A stretch of DNA of 64,000 nucleotides from Octopus bimaculoides (GCF_001194135.2 NC_068989.1:81650845-81714844), one strand, 5' to 3'. Shown: positions 1 to 12,378, counted from the stretch's first letter. Translations and numbers: made by a program. The notes: generated by a model from the letters alone, not told the origin.

Positions 1-215
1 GGTGTCAGCACCATGATCGTAAGATTGCGGTTTCGATTCCTGGAGCGGGTGACGCGTTGTGTTCTTGAGCAAAACACTTCATTTCACGTTGTCCAGTCCA
101 CTCAGCTGGCAAAAATGAGTAACACTGCGATGTACTGGCGTCCCGTCTAGCTGGAGAACACATACGCCATTGAAACAGGGAAACCGGGCCCATGAGCCTG
201 GCTGGGCTTTAAAAG
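1..215 (+). mobile_element. tRNA-derived SINE, family A (TGTGTTCTTGAGCAARACACTT central motif)
   Basis: B box GGTTTCGATTCC then the conserved central motif; related copies at 19724-19960 (+) and 27474-27805 (-). Confidence 0.7.
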
Positions 216-1169
216 GGCGCATTTATTTATTATATATATATGTATGGATATGTCTGTCTGTATATGGTGAGAGGGAGAAGAGAGAGAAAGTGTGTGTGTG
301 TGTGTGTGTGCGCGCGCGGACGAGCGTATGCTTGAATATATCAGAATGTCCGAAGCTATGACAATGACCGTGGTATAAAATGGACAAAGATATTTATAAT
401 GGTGTCAGTAGGAAACTGTTGAGGTTGATAGGAGAGGTGTTGATTACGACCATATGCCTACATTATGCATTGCTTTTTTCTAAGGACAGTAACCAACTTA
501 ATTGTCTTTTTTTAGTGCATATCTATCTTCTCCATATTACAACTTTAGTTAATAACTTTCGGACGTCTGCGCATAATATATGTGCATGATTTTGTCTATA
601 TTCTAATAAATGTATGTATATATATGAATATATATGCATATGTATTTGTACGTATTCATAAAAACATGCGTAAGGCAGACATTCCGATCTATCTACCGTA
701 TGTTGGCCAGCAACAATGTGTTTTTAGTTGGCTGCTCTTTCTCTAATTTTTGTGGACAAAGATAGTCGCTGACTGACACACACGCACTTGTTCCGAGCCA
801 CTGTTCACCCTCCCCTTCCTCTCCCTCTCTCTCTATCTATTGCTAAGTGTTCTCTCTGTATATATCTATATATCTATTTATAGGTCTTCTCTCTTTCTGT
901 TTTTATATATCTATCTCTCACTGTATCTCTCTCTTTTTTTCACAGTATCAATCTATTCATCACAATGCTTCTCTCCCTATCTCTCACTTTATCACTACGT
1001 CTTTCTCTGGTGTCTCAGTGGCGACCTTGAGCGCTGATCTCTTACCTACGACACATTTATATCTATTTTTTTTCTTTTTGACACCCAACCCATATAGGTA
1101 CCTATATATTGTGACTTACTGTTGCTGTGATGGAATTTTGACTAAACCAGAAAACAGGAAAGCGCCTTG

Positions 1170-1611
1170 TGACGTATAAATAGCCACTAACACCATTCAC
1201 TGACATCCTGAATATATATATACAATATATATATATATTCATATCCACTAAAGTAGTGTTTGTTTTTGTGTATATATCATGTTATTCCGCGGCGATAGAC
1301 TTATTACATATCTGTGGATTAATTAACGTCTCGCACACAATTCGAAGAGAAAATTTGTCACCCAAAATGTCTCTTGTTCATCCATGGATATCTACTGGGA
1401 AGCTATTGGAACCAATCTAGACTATTATCTGGAAACAAAAGGAGAGGTTGAGAAAGGTGAGAAAAGAGAATTTTTAACGTTTGTGTATTTTCAGGAGGGT
1501 GGAAGTGAGGGAACTAGTGGTAAGTCAGTGTACAAGGGTTCGCTCTCTACATCAACCGGAAAATTGGTTTTTTATATATATATATCATAATTCGTGCTCC
1601 GATTTGAAAAG
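1170..1611 (+). promoter_or_regulatory. Candidate promoter and non-coding first exon
   Basis: TGACGT overlapping TATAAATA (1170-1182), followed by donor-like sites AAG|GTGAGA (1457), GTG|GTAAGT (1520) and AAG|GTAAAT (1612). Motif-only evidence. Confidence 0.25.
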
Positions 1612-1793
1612 GTAAATATTTTTCTGTTGCCAACACATAAAAATATGAATACACACACGCACACACACGTAGATATCCCCCCACACACACAAACTGGCAG
1701 GCATGTACGCACTGGTATGTGTATACACACATACGATGTACGATGACATGTATGCGTACATGCGCATGTATGTGTATATATGTATGTATATGT

Positions 1794-1840
<47 letters not shown>

Positions 1841-1989
1841 CACACACATAAATATATACTCGCATACATAGACTGACTCGCACACTCACATTTGTACAAA
1901 GTTACACTAACACCCCTGGACTTACACACACACGCACACACACCCAACCCTGATCCTAGGTTTACTTGAGTAAGGCTAACCTGGGGTTA

Positions 1990-2385
1990 AACTATAACAA
2001 ACACATATTACTAGACATATACACATAACTACACACACGCATTACTACTCAGGTACTCAACACACATAAGTTATAAATACACACGTAACTACACATAATT
2101 GTACACATAATTTAACAGACACAAAGATAACCACATAGAGCTACACACTTAATTTAAGACACACACACATAACTACAGATTTAACTACACGTATTACTCA
2201 TAACTACATACACATAATTTAAGACGTATAAATAACTATTCAGATAACTACACACAGTTAAACACAAACAACTACATGCACGTACACACACACACACACA
2301 CGTACACACACACACACACACACAACTACACATATGACTACACACAATTAAACACACACATGATTTAACACGCGCACACTCACTT
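1990..2385. repeat. Degenerate TAACTACACA/CATAATT satellite
   Basis: Repeated ACACATAA(C/T)T and TAACTAC motifs. Confidence 0.7.
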
Positions 2386-3072
2386 AAACTCCGGCAGGCC
2401 AATCCTCTTTGCAACACTCGACATTTGTTACATGTGAACTGTTGCAGTTGATTTTACAGGATTTCTGAAACTTCAAAACACAGATACTATCTATCTATCT
2501 ATCTATCTATCTATCAACTATCTATCTGTCTGTCTGTCTATCTCCTATCAACAATCTGCTGTTCGTATGTTTGTCTCTCAATCCGTCTGTCTTCACACTC
2601 ACATGGACACTGCATTCATTTCTATTCAGTACACATTCTCATTTCTTCTCTCTCACTTTCATCTCTCGCTCTCTCTTTCATCTCTCCCTCTCTTTCATCT
2701 CTCTCTCTCTCTCTCTCTTTCATCTCTCTCTCTCTTTCATCTCTCTCTCTTATCTCTATCTCCCCCCCCCCCACTGTATGTCAATATATATCGAATTTAC
2801 ACATATCCAAATTGAGGGAGTGGAATTGATAAAATGCATGTTACATATGTTTCTTGGCTGGTTGAATCTCTCATGTAATAGTTACACAATGACAGGTGCT
2901 CAACTTAGCTAATCATCAGGCTGAGATTGCCTTAATGAAAACAAGGTTTCATTGTTACTTGGAATTTCCAAGTTGACTACCCGCAGGGGTGACTACACTT
3001 TTTGATCTCTAAGCACACACACGTGTGTATGTGTGTGTGTTGTAGCTTTGTATCTATGAATATATATGTATG

Positions 3073-3134
<62 letters not shown>

Positions 3135-3523
3135 NNNNNNNNNNNNNNNNNNNNNNNNNNNNNNNNNNNNNNNNNNNNNNNNNNNNNNNNNNNNNNNNNN
3201 NNNNNNNNNNNNNNNNNNNNNNNNNNNNNNNNNNNNNNNNNNNNNNNNNNNNNNNNNNNNNNNNNNNNNNNNNNNNNNNNNNNNNNNNNNNNNNNNNNNN
3301 NNNNNNNNNNNNNNNNNNNNNNNNNNNNNNNNNNNNNNNNNNNNNNNNNNNNNNNNNNNNNNNNNNNNNNNNNNNNNNNNNNNNNNNNNNNNNNNNNNNN
3401 NNNNNNNNNNNNNNNNNNNNNNNNNNNNNNNNNNNNNNNNNNNNNNNNNNNNNNNNNNNNNNNNNNNNNNNNNNNNNNNNNNNNNNNNNNNNNNNNNNNN
3501 NNNNNNNNNNNNNNNNNNNNNNN
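3135..3523. other. Assembly gap (N); others at 5309-5318, 6798-7481, 24372-24646, 43626-43635, 43988-43997 and 50189-50198
   Basis: Runs of n in the sequence. Confidence 1.
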
Positions 3524-3614
3524 ATATATAGTGTTAGGTGTGATGTACAGAAATTGAATATTGAGAAAAAAAGTCGTCAGAATTTAGGAAAAAAATCTTT
3601 TTATTTCTTCATTA

Positions 3615-3654
3615 TTATTAGCGCTTTCGTTCCTTTCTCGAACTTGTCAAATAA
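3615..3654 (-). ncRNA. Minimal type I hammerhead ribozyme motif, U3:A8 core variant (Penelope-type)
   Basis: Minus strand reads TTAT-TTGACAA-GTTC(GAGAAAG)GAAC-GAAA-GCGC-TA-ATAA. This gives a 4-bp helix I, a UUGACAA core, a perfect 4-bp helix II, GAAA, a palindromic helix III and a CUA cleavage triplet. Confidence 0.65.
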
Positions 3655-3900
3655 AATTTTGTGAATGTACAGCTTGTTCATTTATATAAAACAGATGTTT
3701 TTTTGGGGGATTTGTTTAGAAGAGAACATTGTTTTGTTTTTTGGGGGGTGAGGTTCTATGACAATGGAGATGGATAGATAGAAATATAGGTAAGTAGATA
3801 GGCTGATAGATAGATGAGAAAAAGAAAGAAAGAAAGAAGCAAATGTTTGGATGTGGCACAAGCAATGCATTAATAAGATGCTCAGAGAAAGAAAAGAGTA

Positions 3901-3940
3901 GAAGTTTTACATTTTGAGCATAGCTCTTCTTTGGAATCAG
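3901..3940 (-). pseudogene. Decayed copy of the 53064-type hammerhead motif
   Basis: Minus strand CCAAAGA-A-GAG(CTATG)CTC-AAAATGTA; TCGAAACG>TCAAAATG is CpG decay. The 3' flank resembles the flank at 53101-53160. Confidence 0.4.
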
Positions 3941-4584
3941 GAAGAAACAGGAAACTCCAAGAGGAAATAGGAATAAAAATTGCAACCGCTGTTTGTGGGA
4001 CTTTTTGAACTAAATTCTTCAATGTATTAAGATGGAAACTCAGTATGCAGTGTGTCTTGTTTGATGTCATATGTATTCGAGTTCTTGTATTTATATGTCA
4101 ATAGTGATTCTCGCTGATGAGCAATTTAATGCATTGATTGATTAATAAATAGAGTATTTAATAGTTAAGGGCAAAACTTCGAAGTACGGGAATGGCTAAT
4201 CATGTGTCAAAATAAGAATAGTTTTTTTGTGATTTGGGATTTAACTTCCATTTCTAGCATGATGGAAAACCACTTAGTGGCTTTCCCTCAGTGTATAACT
4301 CTTATACACACATATAATATAATAATATTTGCAGTCTATAGACATTTTTACTCACGCTGGCCATTGGTGAAAAAAATTAATATTTAATTTTTACCCTATA
4401 TCTAGAATTTTATATATATATATCACCATCATCATCGTTTAACGTCCGCTTTCCATTATAGCATGGGTTGGACGATTTGACTGAGGACTGGTGAAACCAG
4501 ATGGCTACACCAGGCTCCAATCTGATTTGACAGAGTTTCTACAGGGTGCTTTTACGTGTCACCCGCACGGAGGCCAGTCAGGCG

Positions 4585-4638
<54 letters not shown>

Positions 4639-4650
4639 GTGTATATGCAT

Positions 4651-4892
4651 GGCGCAATGGCCCAGTGGTTAGGGTAGCGGACTCGCGGTCATAGGATCAT
4701 GGTTTCGATTCCCAGACCGGGCGTTGTGAGTGTTTATTGAGCGAAAACACCTAAAAGCTCCACGAGGCTCCGGCAGGGGATGGTGGTGAACCCTGCTGTA
4801 ATCTTTCACCACAACTTTCTCTTACACGGCGGTGCATCAGCATGGCCGCAGCTCTAAGCTGAAACTATAACAAAAAAAAAAAACAAAAAAAA
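4651..4892 (+). mobile_element. tRNA-derived SINE with A-rich tail
   Basis: A box TGGCCCAGTGG, B box GGTTTCGATTCC, poly(A) tail; no closed acceptor stem. Confidence 0.7.
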
Positions 4893-6260
4893 TATAAACA
4901 ATTTCGAGGATTCAAGAGAATCAGGTACTTGAATAGTAAAGTACCAAGGTCAGGTCAGTGATAGGACTGTCGTATACAAGCAATATTTAACAGCAGATCC
5001 ATGCTTACTAAAGTAAACATGGATTTGTACTCAGGTTGTGCATACAATCACAAATGGCCGACTGAATACATGACATATTAAGGTCACACATAGGTACTCT
5101 CACTGCACCTATTGCACCACACTCCACGCAGTCTACAGCCAAATGAATTTCAGGTTCTGAGTTAGGTGAATGATAAACAAATAACATATCTATATATATA
5201 TATATATATATTGATATATGATATATTATATATATATATATATATATGATATATTATATATATATATATACATAACATAATATATGTATATATATATATA
5301 TATATATANNNNNNNNNNTAGCCCCAGGAGGACATCTCCTCCAGCTGGCTATCGACACACATCTGTGTCCTGTCTGTATTTGCCAAGGGAAGTTATCTTT
5401 CCCATCTTGATCTACGATACGTACGTACTCGAGTTTCAGGGTTATTTCCCTTCTTCAGCGTACGACAATCCCCGACCTTCGATGCAAAAGACATCCCTTG
5501 GCTAATATATATAACTTTTTCCAGTGAAATTATTCACTGATATCGAAAAAATGAAAACAAGCAATGTTAAATCTCTGAACGTGGTATTAACAGTAACTGC
5601 ACGATAAAGTGAAGTATGTTTGCCACTTAAATGTGGCTGACCCCGAGGGGTAGATGTTACTGTTGCTTTTAGCCCAAGGAGGACATCTCCCCCAGCTGGC
5701 TATCGACACATATCTGTGTCCTGTCTGTATTTGCCAAGGGAAGTTATCTTTCCCATCTTGATCTACGATACGTACGTACTTGAGTTTCAAGGTTATTTCC
5801 CTTCTTCAGCGTACAACAATCGCCGACCTTCGATGCAAAAGACATCCCTTGGCAAATATATATAACTTTTTCCAGTGAATATATATATACATATACATAA
5901 TATAGTATATGTATATATACATAATATTAAAAAATGGAGAAAATGTTATGCAATTATAAATACAAGCAGCAAGAAAATAGCAACAGGTGTCATTTGACTA
6001 ATAAGGACGAATCAAATTGAGCTGGGGTGTGTAAAGTGAAATCCTTGAGGCAGAAACATAGGAGCTGAACATAAGAGATGAAAGTCATTGTCTCTGTGTC
6101 GTCTATCTGTCCACATGTTTCATTGTCGTCTGTTGTGCTTATGCTCCATCTTTTTGATATATATATATATATATATATGGAGGTGGTAATAGCACAAGTA
6201 AGTCTAAGGTATTTGAATTTGAGAAGGAATTTAATAAAAATGATTTTAAAAATTATATAA

Positions 6261-6700
6261 AGAAAATATTACCAGTTTCAGTGATGAATCTCATCATATC
6301 AAATATCAATAAAAATTTATAAAAATTTGAAGGAAAAACAGTTTATCTTCTGTCTGGGAGTCAAGAACATGTCTGGATATTTTATGTTGAAGTCGTCTTG
6401 AGATATAGTTTGGTATAAAGTTCAAAGTGTTAGAGAGTACGAGAAGAGGTGTAGTTGTCTATTGTCTAAAATCTCTGTGTGTTCCTGTCAAGGGAGCGGC
6501 TAAAAATCCACATTGAATGGGTTTTATGTCCACCTGTGTATGAGTGTGTGTGTGCATTGTGTTGAATGTCCTTTGAATATGTTTGGAATGTGACCAGGTG
6601 TGTGTTGATGGGTGTTTATGTTGTGGTGAATGTCTTGTTGAAGGAAGAATTAGGATTTTCTTTTGGGCTAGATATGTTCTTTTGAGTGTCTCCCCCTGTG
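6261..6700 (-). mobile_element. Probable Penelope-like 3' end: GIY-YIG C-terminal relic followed by a decayed hammerhead-like motif
   Basis: Minus frames give F*TIDNYTSSRTL*HFELYTKLYLK / DFNIK, resembling the ILD...LE..YI..LKP.LN end of PLE endonucleases. A GAAA-CTGG-TA motif follows at 6261-6310. Confidence 0.4.
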
Positions 6701-7715
6701 TGTATGTGTGGTCACCAGCTGTGTGTGTGTAAGTGTGTGTGTGTGTGTGTGTATGTGTGGTCACCAGCTGTGTGTGTGTAAGTGTGTGTGTGTGTGTNNN
6801 NNNNNNNNNNNNNNNNNNNNNNNNNNNNNNNNNNNNNNNNNNNNNNNNNNNNNNNNNNNNNNNNNNNNNNNNNNNNNNNNNNNNNNNNNNNNNNNNNNNN
6901 NNNNNNNNNNNNNNNNNNNNNNNNNNNNNNNNNNNNNNNNNNNNNNNNNNNNNNNNNNNNNNNNNNNNNNNNNNNNNNNNNNNNNNNNNNNNNNNNNNNN
7001 NNNNNNNNNNNNNNNNNNNNNNNNNNNNNNNNNNNNNNNNNNNNNNNNNNNNNNNNNNNNNNNNNNNNNNNNNNNNNNNNNNNNNNNNNNNNNNNNNNNN
7101 NNNNNNNNNNNNNNNNNNNNNNNNNNNNNNNNNNNNNNNNNNNNNNNNNNNNNNNNNNNNNNNNNNNNNNNNNNNNNNNNNNNNNNNNNNNNNNNNNNNN
7201 NNNNNNNNNNNNNNNNNNNNNNNNNNNNNNNNNNNNNNNNNNNNNNNNNNNNNNNNNNNNNNNNNNNNNNNNNNNNNNNNNNNNNNNNNNNNNNNNNNNN
7301 NNNNNNNNNNNNNNNNNNNNNNNNNNNNNNNNNNNNNNNNNNNNNNNNNNNNNNNNNNNNNNNNNNNNNNNNNNNNNNNNNNNNNNNNNNNNNNNNNNNN
7401 NNNNNNNNNNNNNNNNNNNNNNNNNNNNNNNNNNNNNNNNNNNNNNNNNNNNNNNNNNNNNNNNNNNNNNNNNNNNNNNNNAAATGGTGTCTTTTATGTG
7501 CCACCCGCACAAGCCAGTCCAGGGGCACTGGCAACGATCTCGCTCGAAAATCCTACAGGAGCCAGTCAGGCGGTACTGGCAACGGCCACGCTCAAAATGG
7601 TGCATCTCATGTGCCACCCGCACAAGAACCAGTCCAGGGGCACTGGCAACGATCTTACTTGGCTTGCCGGGTCTTCTCACGCACAGCCCATTTCCATATA
7701 TATATATATATATAT

Positions 7716-8105
7716 TTGTTTTACTTGTTTCAGTCATTTGACTGCAGCCATGCTGGAGCACTGCCTTTAGTTGGGTAAATCGACTTCAGGACTTATTCTT
7801 TGTAAGCCTGTACTTATTCTGTTGGTCTCTTTTGCTGAACTGCTTATTTACAGGGACATAAACATACCAGCATCGGTTGTCAAGGGATGTTGTGGGGACA
7901 ATTACACACACACAAACATATACGCACACATACATATATATATTACATATCTACATCTACAACAGGCTTCTTTCAATTTCTGTCTACCAAATCCATTCAC
8001 AAGGCTTTGGTTGGCCCGAAGCGATAGTAGAAGACAGTTTCCCAAGAACCTGGAACCATGTGGTTGGTAAGCAAGCTACTTACCACACAGCCACTCCTGC
8101 ACCTA
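7716..8105 (-). mobile_element. tRNA-derived SINE, family B (GGAGTGGCTGTGTGGTAAG head, TGACTGAAACAAGTAAAA tail)
   Basis: Full-length copy. Partial copies at ~8975-9140, 15700-15900, 34395-34555, 43250-43480, 50640-50760, 51415-51612, 59387-59500 and 60613-60770. Confidence 0.8.
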
Positions 8106-8129
8106 TATAAAATACATACATACATATAT

Positions 8130-8179
<50 letters not shown>

Positions 8180-8326
8180 TATATATGTAAGTATGTATAT
8201 ATGCATATATATATATATGTATATTATAAGGTTTTTAACTTTTAAATTTTCATATTCAAAAGAGACAGAGACTTCAAACTCGATATATTGATTTATTGGT
8301 AACGGTTGCTACACCCTCTGGAAAAT

Positions 8327-8367
<41 letters not shown>

Positions 8368-9318
8368 GCATCATCATCATCATCATCGTTTAATGTCCAT
8401 TTTCCATGCGAGCATGAGTTGGATGGTTTGACTGAGGACTGGCAAGCCAGGAGGTTGCACCAAACTCCAATCTGATCTGGCAATGCTTCTACAGTTTGAT
8501 GCCCTTCCTAATGCCAACCACTCTGAGAGTGTAGTTGATGCCTTTTACGTGCCAATGGCAGAGGAGCCAGCCAGGCCTGACATCAATCGCATTCAGATAA
8601 TGCTTTTTACATGCAACCGGCACAGGAGCCAATTAAACGGACCTGTCATTGGCCATATTCAAATGGTGCATTTTACATGTCACTGGCATCGACCATGCTC
8701 AAATGGTGCATTTTATGTGCCATCAGCACAGAAGCCAGTCAGGGACCACTGGCCACAGCTACAATTTTGGTTTTACTTGGCTCAACAGGTCTTCTGAAGC
8801 CTAACCCATGAAGGGTACTTTTAAATGGGCTGGACATGCAACACTGGCATCGGCCATAGCTGTGCTTAATTTCAAGTTGGGTACTATATATTCTATTGGC
8901 TCTCTTAAATCCAAGATTTCCAAGCTGCAAGATGTCTGCAGATGTTAGCTCAACTTATACAGGGTCAGTTTAAAGAGATGCTGCCTCTGTATAATTTCTA
9001 TCTGCCAAATTTCACTCACAAAGAATTGCTCAACCAAATGCTGTTGTAGAAGACACTTGCTTGAGTTACTCAATACACTGAGGAATCAAACATGAAAATA
9101 TGTGGTCAGGAAACAAACTTCTCAACCACACAGCCATGCATACATATCATCATCATTGTTTAATGTCCATTTTCCATGCTGGCATAAATTGGAGAGTTTG
9201 ACAGGAGCAGGCAAACTGGAGGTCTGATTTAGCTTGGTTTCTATGGCTGGATGCCCTTCCTAATGCCAACCACTTTACAGAGTGTACTGGGTGAGTTGTA
9301 CATGACACCAGCATGAGT

Positions 9319-9352
<34 letters not shown>

Positions 9353-9935
9353 TATATTTGAGTGTGATCATTACCAGTGTCGCCTTACTAGCACTTGTGT
9401 CAATGGCACGTGAACAAAACATTTGGGCGAGGTCATTGCCAGTGCTGCTGGACTGACTCCTGTGCAGGTGGCACATAAAAAACACCATTTGGGCATGGCC
9501 ATTGCCAGTACTGCCAGACTGGCCCTCGTACTGGTGGTTGGCGTTAGGAAGGGCATCCAGCTGTAGAAACTCTGCCAGATCAGATTGGAGCCTGGTGCAG
9601 CCATCCGGTTCGCCAGTCCTCAGTCAAATTGTCCAACCCATGCTAGTATTGAAGGCAGACGTTAAACGATGATGATGATGATGATGAATACACCTAATGA
9701 TAATAATAATTGATTTGTTTGTATGCATATACATATACATATGCATATACAAAGATTAAGTACTAGAGTTGATGTAGTGCTCCAACATGGTCGCAGTGAA
9801 ATGAACGAAACAAGTAAAAGAATAAAAGAATATATATACATACCTTCTTTTTACACATATGCACACATGCGCTTCTGCACGCACACACATGCACACACAC
9901 ACACATGCACACACACACACACATATATATATATA

Positions 9936-10822
9936 CAAGGTCTGATCAATAGGTATCTAGACTATTGCCATAGTAACGAAGCTAAAGCATGCAGAGTGAA
10001 ACCGCTTGGCAAAGGTATACCTTGAACTCAGTTGTGCACGTGCACTAAGTTTTAATGTTCTAGCTCACTTCTGTTGTTGGAAGGAAGGAAGGTGTGTAGC
10101 GTGTGATTGTCGTGTTGACCATGACAAAGAAAATTGTCATGGTGATACCTACTCAGAGGCCTACACAAAGTTGCAAAAAGTGTATGGAGAGGAGTATATG
10201 AGCTGCACACAAGTGTGCAAGGGGTTCAAATATTCCCGAGATGGCTGAAAAAATGTCGATATTAACAAATGTTCTGGGAGACCCACAACCAGCAGAACTG
10301 AGAAAAACATCATGGATGTGTGTGCAGCTGTAAGGGGAAATCGTGAAATCACCATCAGTGAATTATCAGGGGGATGTGCAGATTAATTATGGTTCAGTTC
10401 AGCCCATTATCACTGAAGATTTGGGTATGAGACACATGTCTGCCAAGTTTGTGGCAAATCTGCTTTCAGCTGACCAAGAAGACACTTGGGTTTCAGTTGT
10501 ACAAGATCTCCTTGATTGTGTTGAGAACGATGAAAGCTTTTTGAAAACTTTGTGCGGGCCTCTGAGCAGGTGTCACATAGCTTTTGGCAAAATTTGATGC
10601 AGATTCTTTGCTCGATTCTCTCTGTTATGGTCAATGCGACAATCACACTCTACACACCTTCCTTTCAAGCATTGCTGTAACCAGCAGAAGTGAGCTAGAA
10701 TGTTAAAATTTAGTGTGCATGCACAGCAGAGTTCAAGGTCAATCTTTGCGAAGCAGCTTCACTTTGCATTCTTTAGCTTTGTTACTATGGCAACAGTCCG
10801 GATACTTATTGATCAGACCACA
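9936..10822. mobile_element. Non-autonomous mariner derivative with two inverted 5' ends
   Basis: TA-flanked CAAGGTCTGATCAATAGG...TTATTGATCAGACCACA. The + frames give the mariner HTH (GDTYSEAYTKLQKVYGEE, SGRPTTS, LGMRHMSAKFV); the - frame gives ERIEQRICIKFCQKL. Confidence 0.85.
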
Positions 10823-11086
10823 TATATTGTACATGCATACACACATACATGCATACATACATACATACATACATATATATATATATAAACATATAAATAA
10901 ACTAGTAGTGCTGGTTCCACATAGAAAGCACTTAGTCCACTCTGTAAGGTGGTTGGTTGGAAAGGCATCCAGCTGTAAAACATCCGCCAAAACAGACACT
11001 GAAACCAGGTGCTGTCAAACCATCCAACCTATGCCAGCATAGAAAACAGATGTTAAATGCGCCTATACACAGCCACCTGTGGCTAT

Positions 11087-11472
11087 CATCATCATCATCA
11101 TCATCATCATCGTTTAACGTCCGCTTTCCATGCTAGCATGGGTTTGACGATTTGACTGAGGACTGGTGAAACCGGATGGCTACACCAGGCTCCAATCTGA
11201 TTTGGCAGAGTTTCTACAGCTTGATGCCCTTCCTAACGCCAACCACTCAGAGAGTGTAGTGGGTGCTTTTACGTGTCACCCGCACGAAGGCCAGTCAGGC
11301 GGTACTGGCAACGGCCACGCTCAGAATGGTGTATTTTATGTGCCACCCGCACAAGAGCCAGTCCAGGGGCACTGGCAACGATCTCGCTCGAAAATCCTAC
11401 AAAGGCCAGTCAGGCGGTACTGGCAACGGCCACGCTCAAAATGGTGTATTTTATGTGCCACCCGCACAAGAG
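11087..11472 (-). mobile_element. (GAT)n-tailed SINE-like family D with internal tandem repeats
   Basis: 3' end GGACGTTAAACGATGATGATG. Copies at ~4426-4585, 7482-7690, 8367-8860, 9147-9310, 9360-9688, 10905-11060, 13850-13935, 32660-32870, 49693-50372, 51926-52068, 54085-54460, 59610-59803, 61555-61685 and 61900-62152. Confidence 0.75.
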
Positions 11473-12378
11473 CATATATATATAAATTGAATAGAGGGAT
11501 TCAGTTGACAATCTAACAATTTATTTATATTATAATATAACATAATATACTATTTTTTATATAGATGCATAGATATAACACACACACACACACACACGTA
11601 CACACACGCACACCTCAGCAAAATTTGGTACAATGATACATGTATAATGCTTAATAAATATGCACATATACATACAAAGACATACATACAGGAGAAAAAA
11701 GTAAATCAAATTTTGTGTTAAGGAGATACAGTTCATACAATGGGTTTAAAGGATGAAAACTGAGAGACATTTTAAAATAACAAAACGAATTTTGTCTCAC
11801 ACAATCCATACAGGTGTCTGCATATAAACAGACATTCATTCACACACATGCACACGCATGGACCTATACATACATACATGCACACACGCGTGCACACGCA
11901 CACGCACGCACACACACACACATACGCACGCACGCGCACACACACACACACACTCTCTCTCTCTCTCTTATACGTAAGCGCAGACAGGCAGATCATGCAA
12001 AGACGCATTCATGTATGAATATGCAAAACTGTATTCATATACTTTTATAGGATTTGAGGTATCAACGGAAATTATTTAAAAACTGTATATTGTATTTTAT
12101 TTAAAAATACCTCAAATTTAATATGTGGACAAGAACAACAACAACAGCAGTAAATAGTAGTAGTAGTGGTGGTGGTAGCCGTGGTAGTGGTAGTAATGAT
12201 ACTGTTAAATTTAATATTTTATCAATTAAATCAATATCATATTTAATTAAATTATGCTAAATACTACAGTGGTAATGGGATTATATACTTAATTATTATA
12301 TATTAACCTGTAAATTTTTATAAACAAATTTTAAGAAAAATATTTCTTAAGGGAAACAAATTGCCTAAAAAGTGTGCT

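Noticed and set aside
4105-4140. CTGATGA followed by a GCA/TGC stem
   Set aside because: GAAA is absent after the stem.
4651-4725. tRNA gene
   Set aside because: A and B boxes are present, but there is no acceptor-stem closure and it continues into a SINE body with an A tail.
5319-5880. ~210-bp direct duplication (5319-5528 / 5670-5880)
   Set aside because: The first copy starts at a 10-N gap and differs by scattered substitutions; most likely a haplotype or overlap artefact.
3002-7778. Long ORFs of up to 356 aa in the track
   Set aside because: They are translations of N gaps and CA/TG microsatellites; the same applies to the HT/CV/YI/SL-rich ORFs throughout.
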